Shown one piece after another: positions 16,325-16,681 of a DNA stretch of 16,681 nucleotides (positions are counted from its first letter, which is position 1; every line of letters begins with the position of its first letter). Position numbers and translations under genes: made by a program. This DNA is from Candidatus Eiseniibacteriota bacterium (GTDB lineage Bacteria; Arandabacterota; Arandabacteria; Arandabacterales; Arandabacteraceae), in NCBI GenBank assembly GCA_043810925.1, contig JBDRNT010000107.1, forward strand, positions 1-16,681, written 5' to 3'. The notes under the pieces were generated by a model. The model had not been told where the DNA came from and did no database searches. It saw only the letters and a list, made by a program, of their open reading frames with translations.

Positions 16325-16681
16325 TCAATCGATCACCACAGCGAATGTCACTGTCTGGGCGGGCGAACCCGCCGCAACATCACCCAGACTTACTGTGACC
16401 GTGCCGGGACTTGTCATCCCTACATCACCCTCGTCGGCATCCGCTTGATCCGTCAGAGGTCCCCCATTCAGCACCAGCGTGCCTGAGCTGTAGGTTGTGT
16501 GTGTCGGGATGGGATCCGTCAGAACCAGGCTTTCAGCAGTACCCGAACCCGAGACTGTAACGACCAGCGTGTAGGTGATGACAGCTCCGGGGACCGGCTC
16601 GGTACCGCCGAAGGGATCAGCCATCGTGGCAGACTTGACCACAGAGACCACCACATTGGATACCAGGTACGTACCGACATC
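16325..16681 (-). CDS. 3' end of a DUF11-domain protein, truncated by the window edge
   Basis: The frame is open to position 16681 (DVGTYLVSNVVVSVVKS...). Motifs VVKS..DPFGG.EPVPGAVITYTL.V...G...A..LVLTDPIP..TTY..GT and VTFAVVID*. Confidence 0.85.
   Translation of the reverse strand, partial: DVGTYLVSNVVVSVVKSATMADPFGGTEPVPGAVITYTLVVTVSGSGTAESLVLTDPIPTHTTYSSGTLVLNGGPLTDQADADEGDVGMTSPGTVTVSLGDVAAGSPAQTVTFAVVID

Noticed and set aside
16308-16328. Longer start (TTG 16328 or ATG 16325) for the small DUF11 protein
   Set aside because: The extension MMERREV is the translated Shine-Dalgarno region; AGGAGG is correctly spaced for ATG 16307.
5197-16681. Classifying the operon as chaperone-usher, curli/Fap, type V pilus or T9SS
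   Set aside because: No PapD/PapC motifs, amyloid repeats, clear lipobox-plus-protease-site pilins or T9SS C-terminal domains were recognised. Upstream genes lie outside the window, so additional components cannot be excluded.
1-16681. CRISPR arrays, tRNA/rRNA genes, transposases or integrases
   Set aside because: No regularly spaced repeats, RNA gene signatures or recombinase motifs were seen; nearly all of the sequence is accounted for by protein-coding genes.

Overview
GC-rich bacterial window, probably from a diderm since it encodes an OmpA-domain/beta-barrel protein. The left part holds a MATE efflux transporter (minus strand, possibly leaderless), a divergent small DUF2007-like protein and a soluble zinc-ribbon/Ser-Thr kinase/TPR protein. 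A palindromic REP/RPE-like element follows, between two convergent genes. The right 11.5 kb is the 3' part of a tightly packed minus-strand operon of five DUF11 (Ig-like) proteins; four have visible signal peptides and the fifth is truncated at the window edge. Main observation: the DUF11 domains appear split. Four proteins end abruptly in a DUF11 domain that lacks its last beta-hairpin, and two proteins begin, right after the signal peptide, with that missing hairpin (GTxIxNTA...GG...S...V). An intact internal DUF11 in the 1994-aa protein serves as a built-in control. This suggests a donor-strand-complemented, possibly isopeptide-cross-linked, sortase-independent fibre with an outer-membrane anchor/translocon, a shaft subunit, a tip adhesin and a chaperone-like subunit. 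All domain names come from motif recognition by eye; no searches were run.
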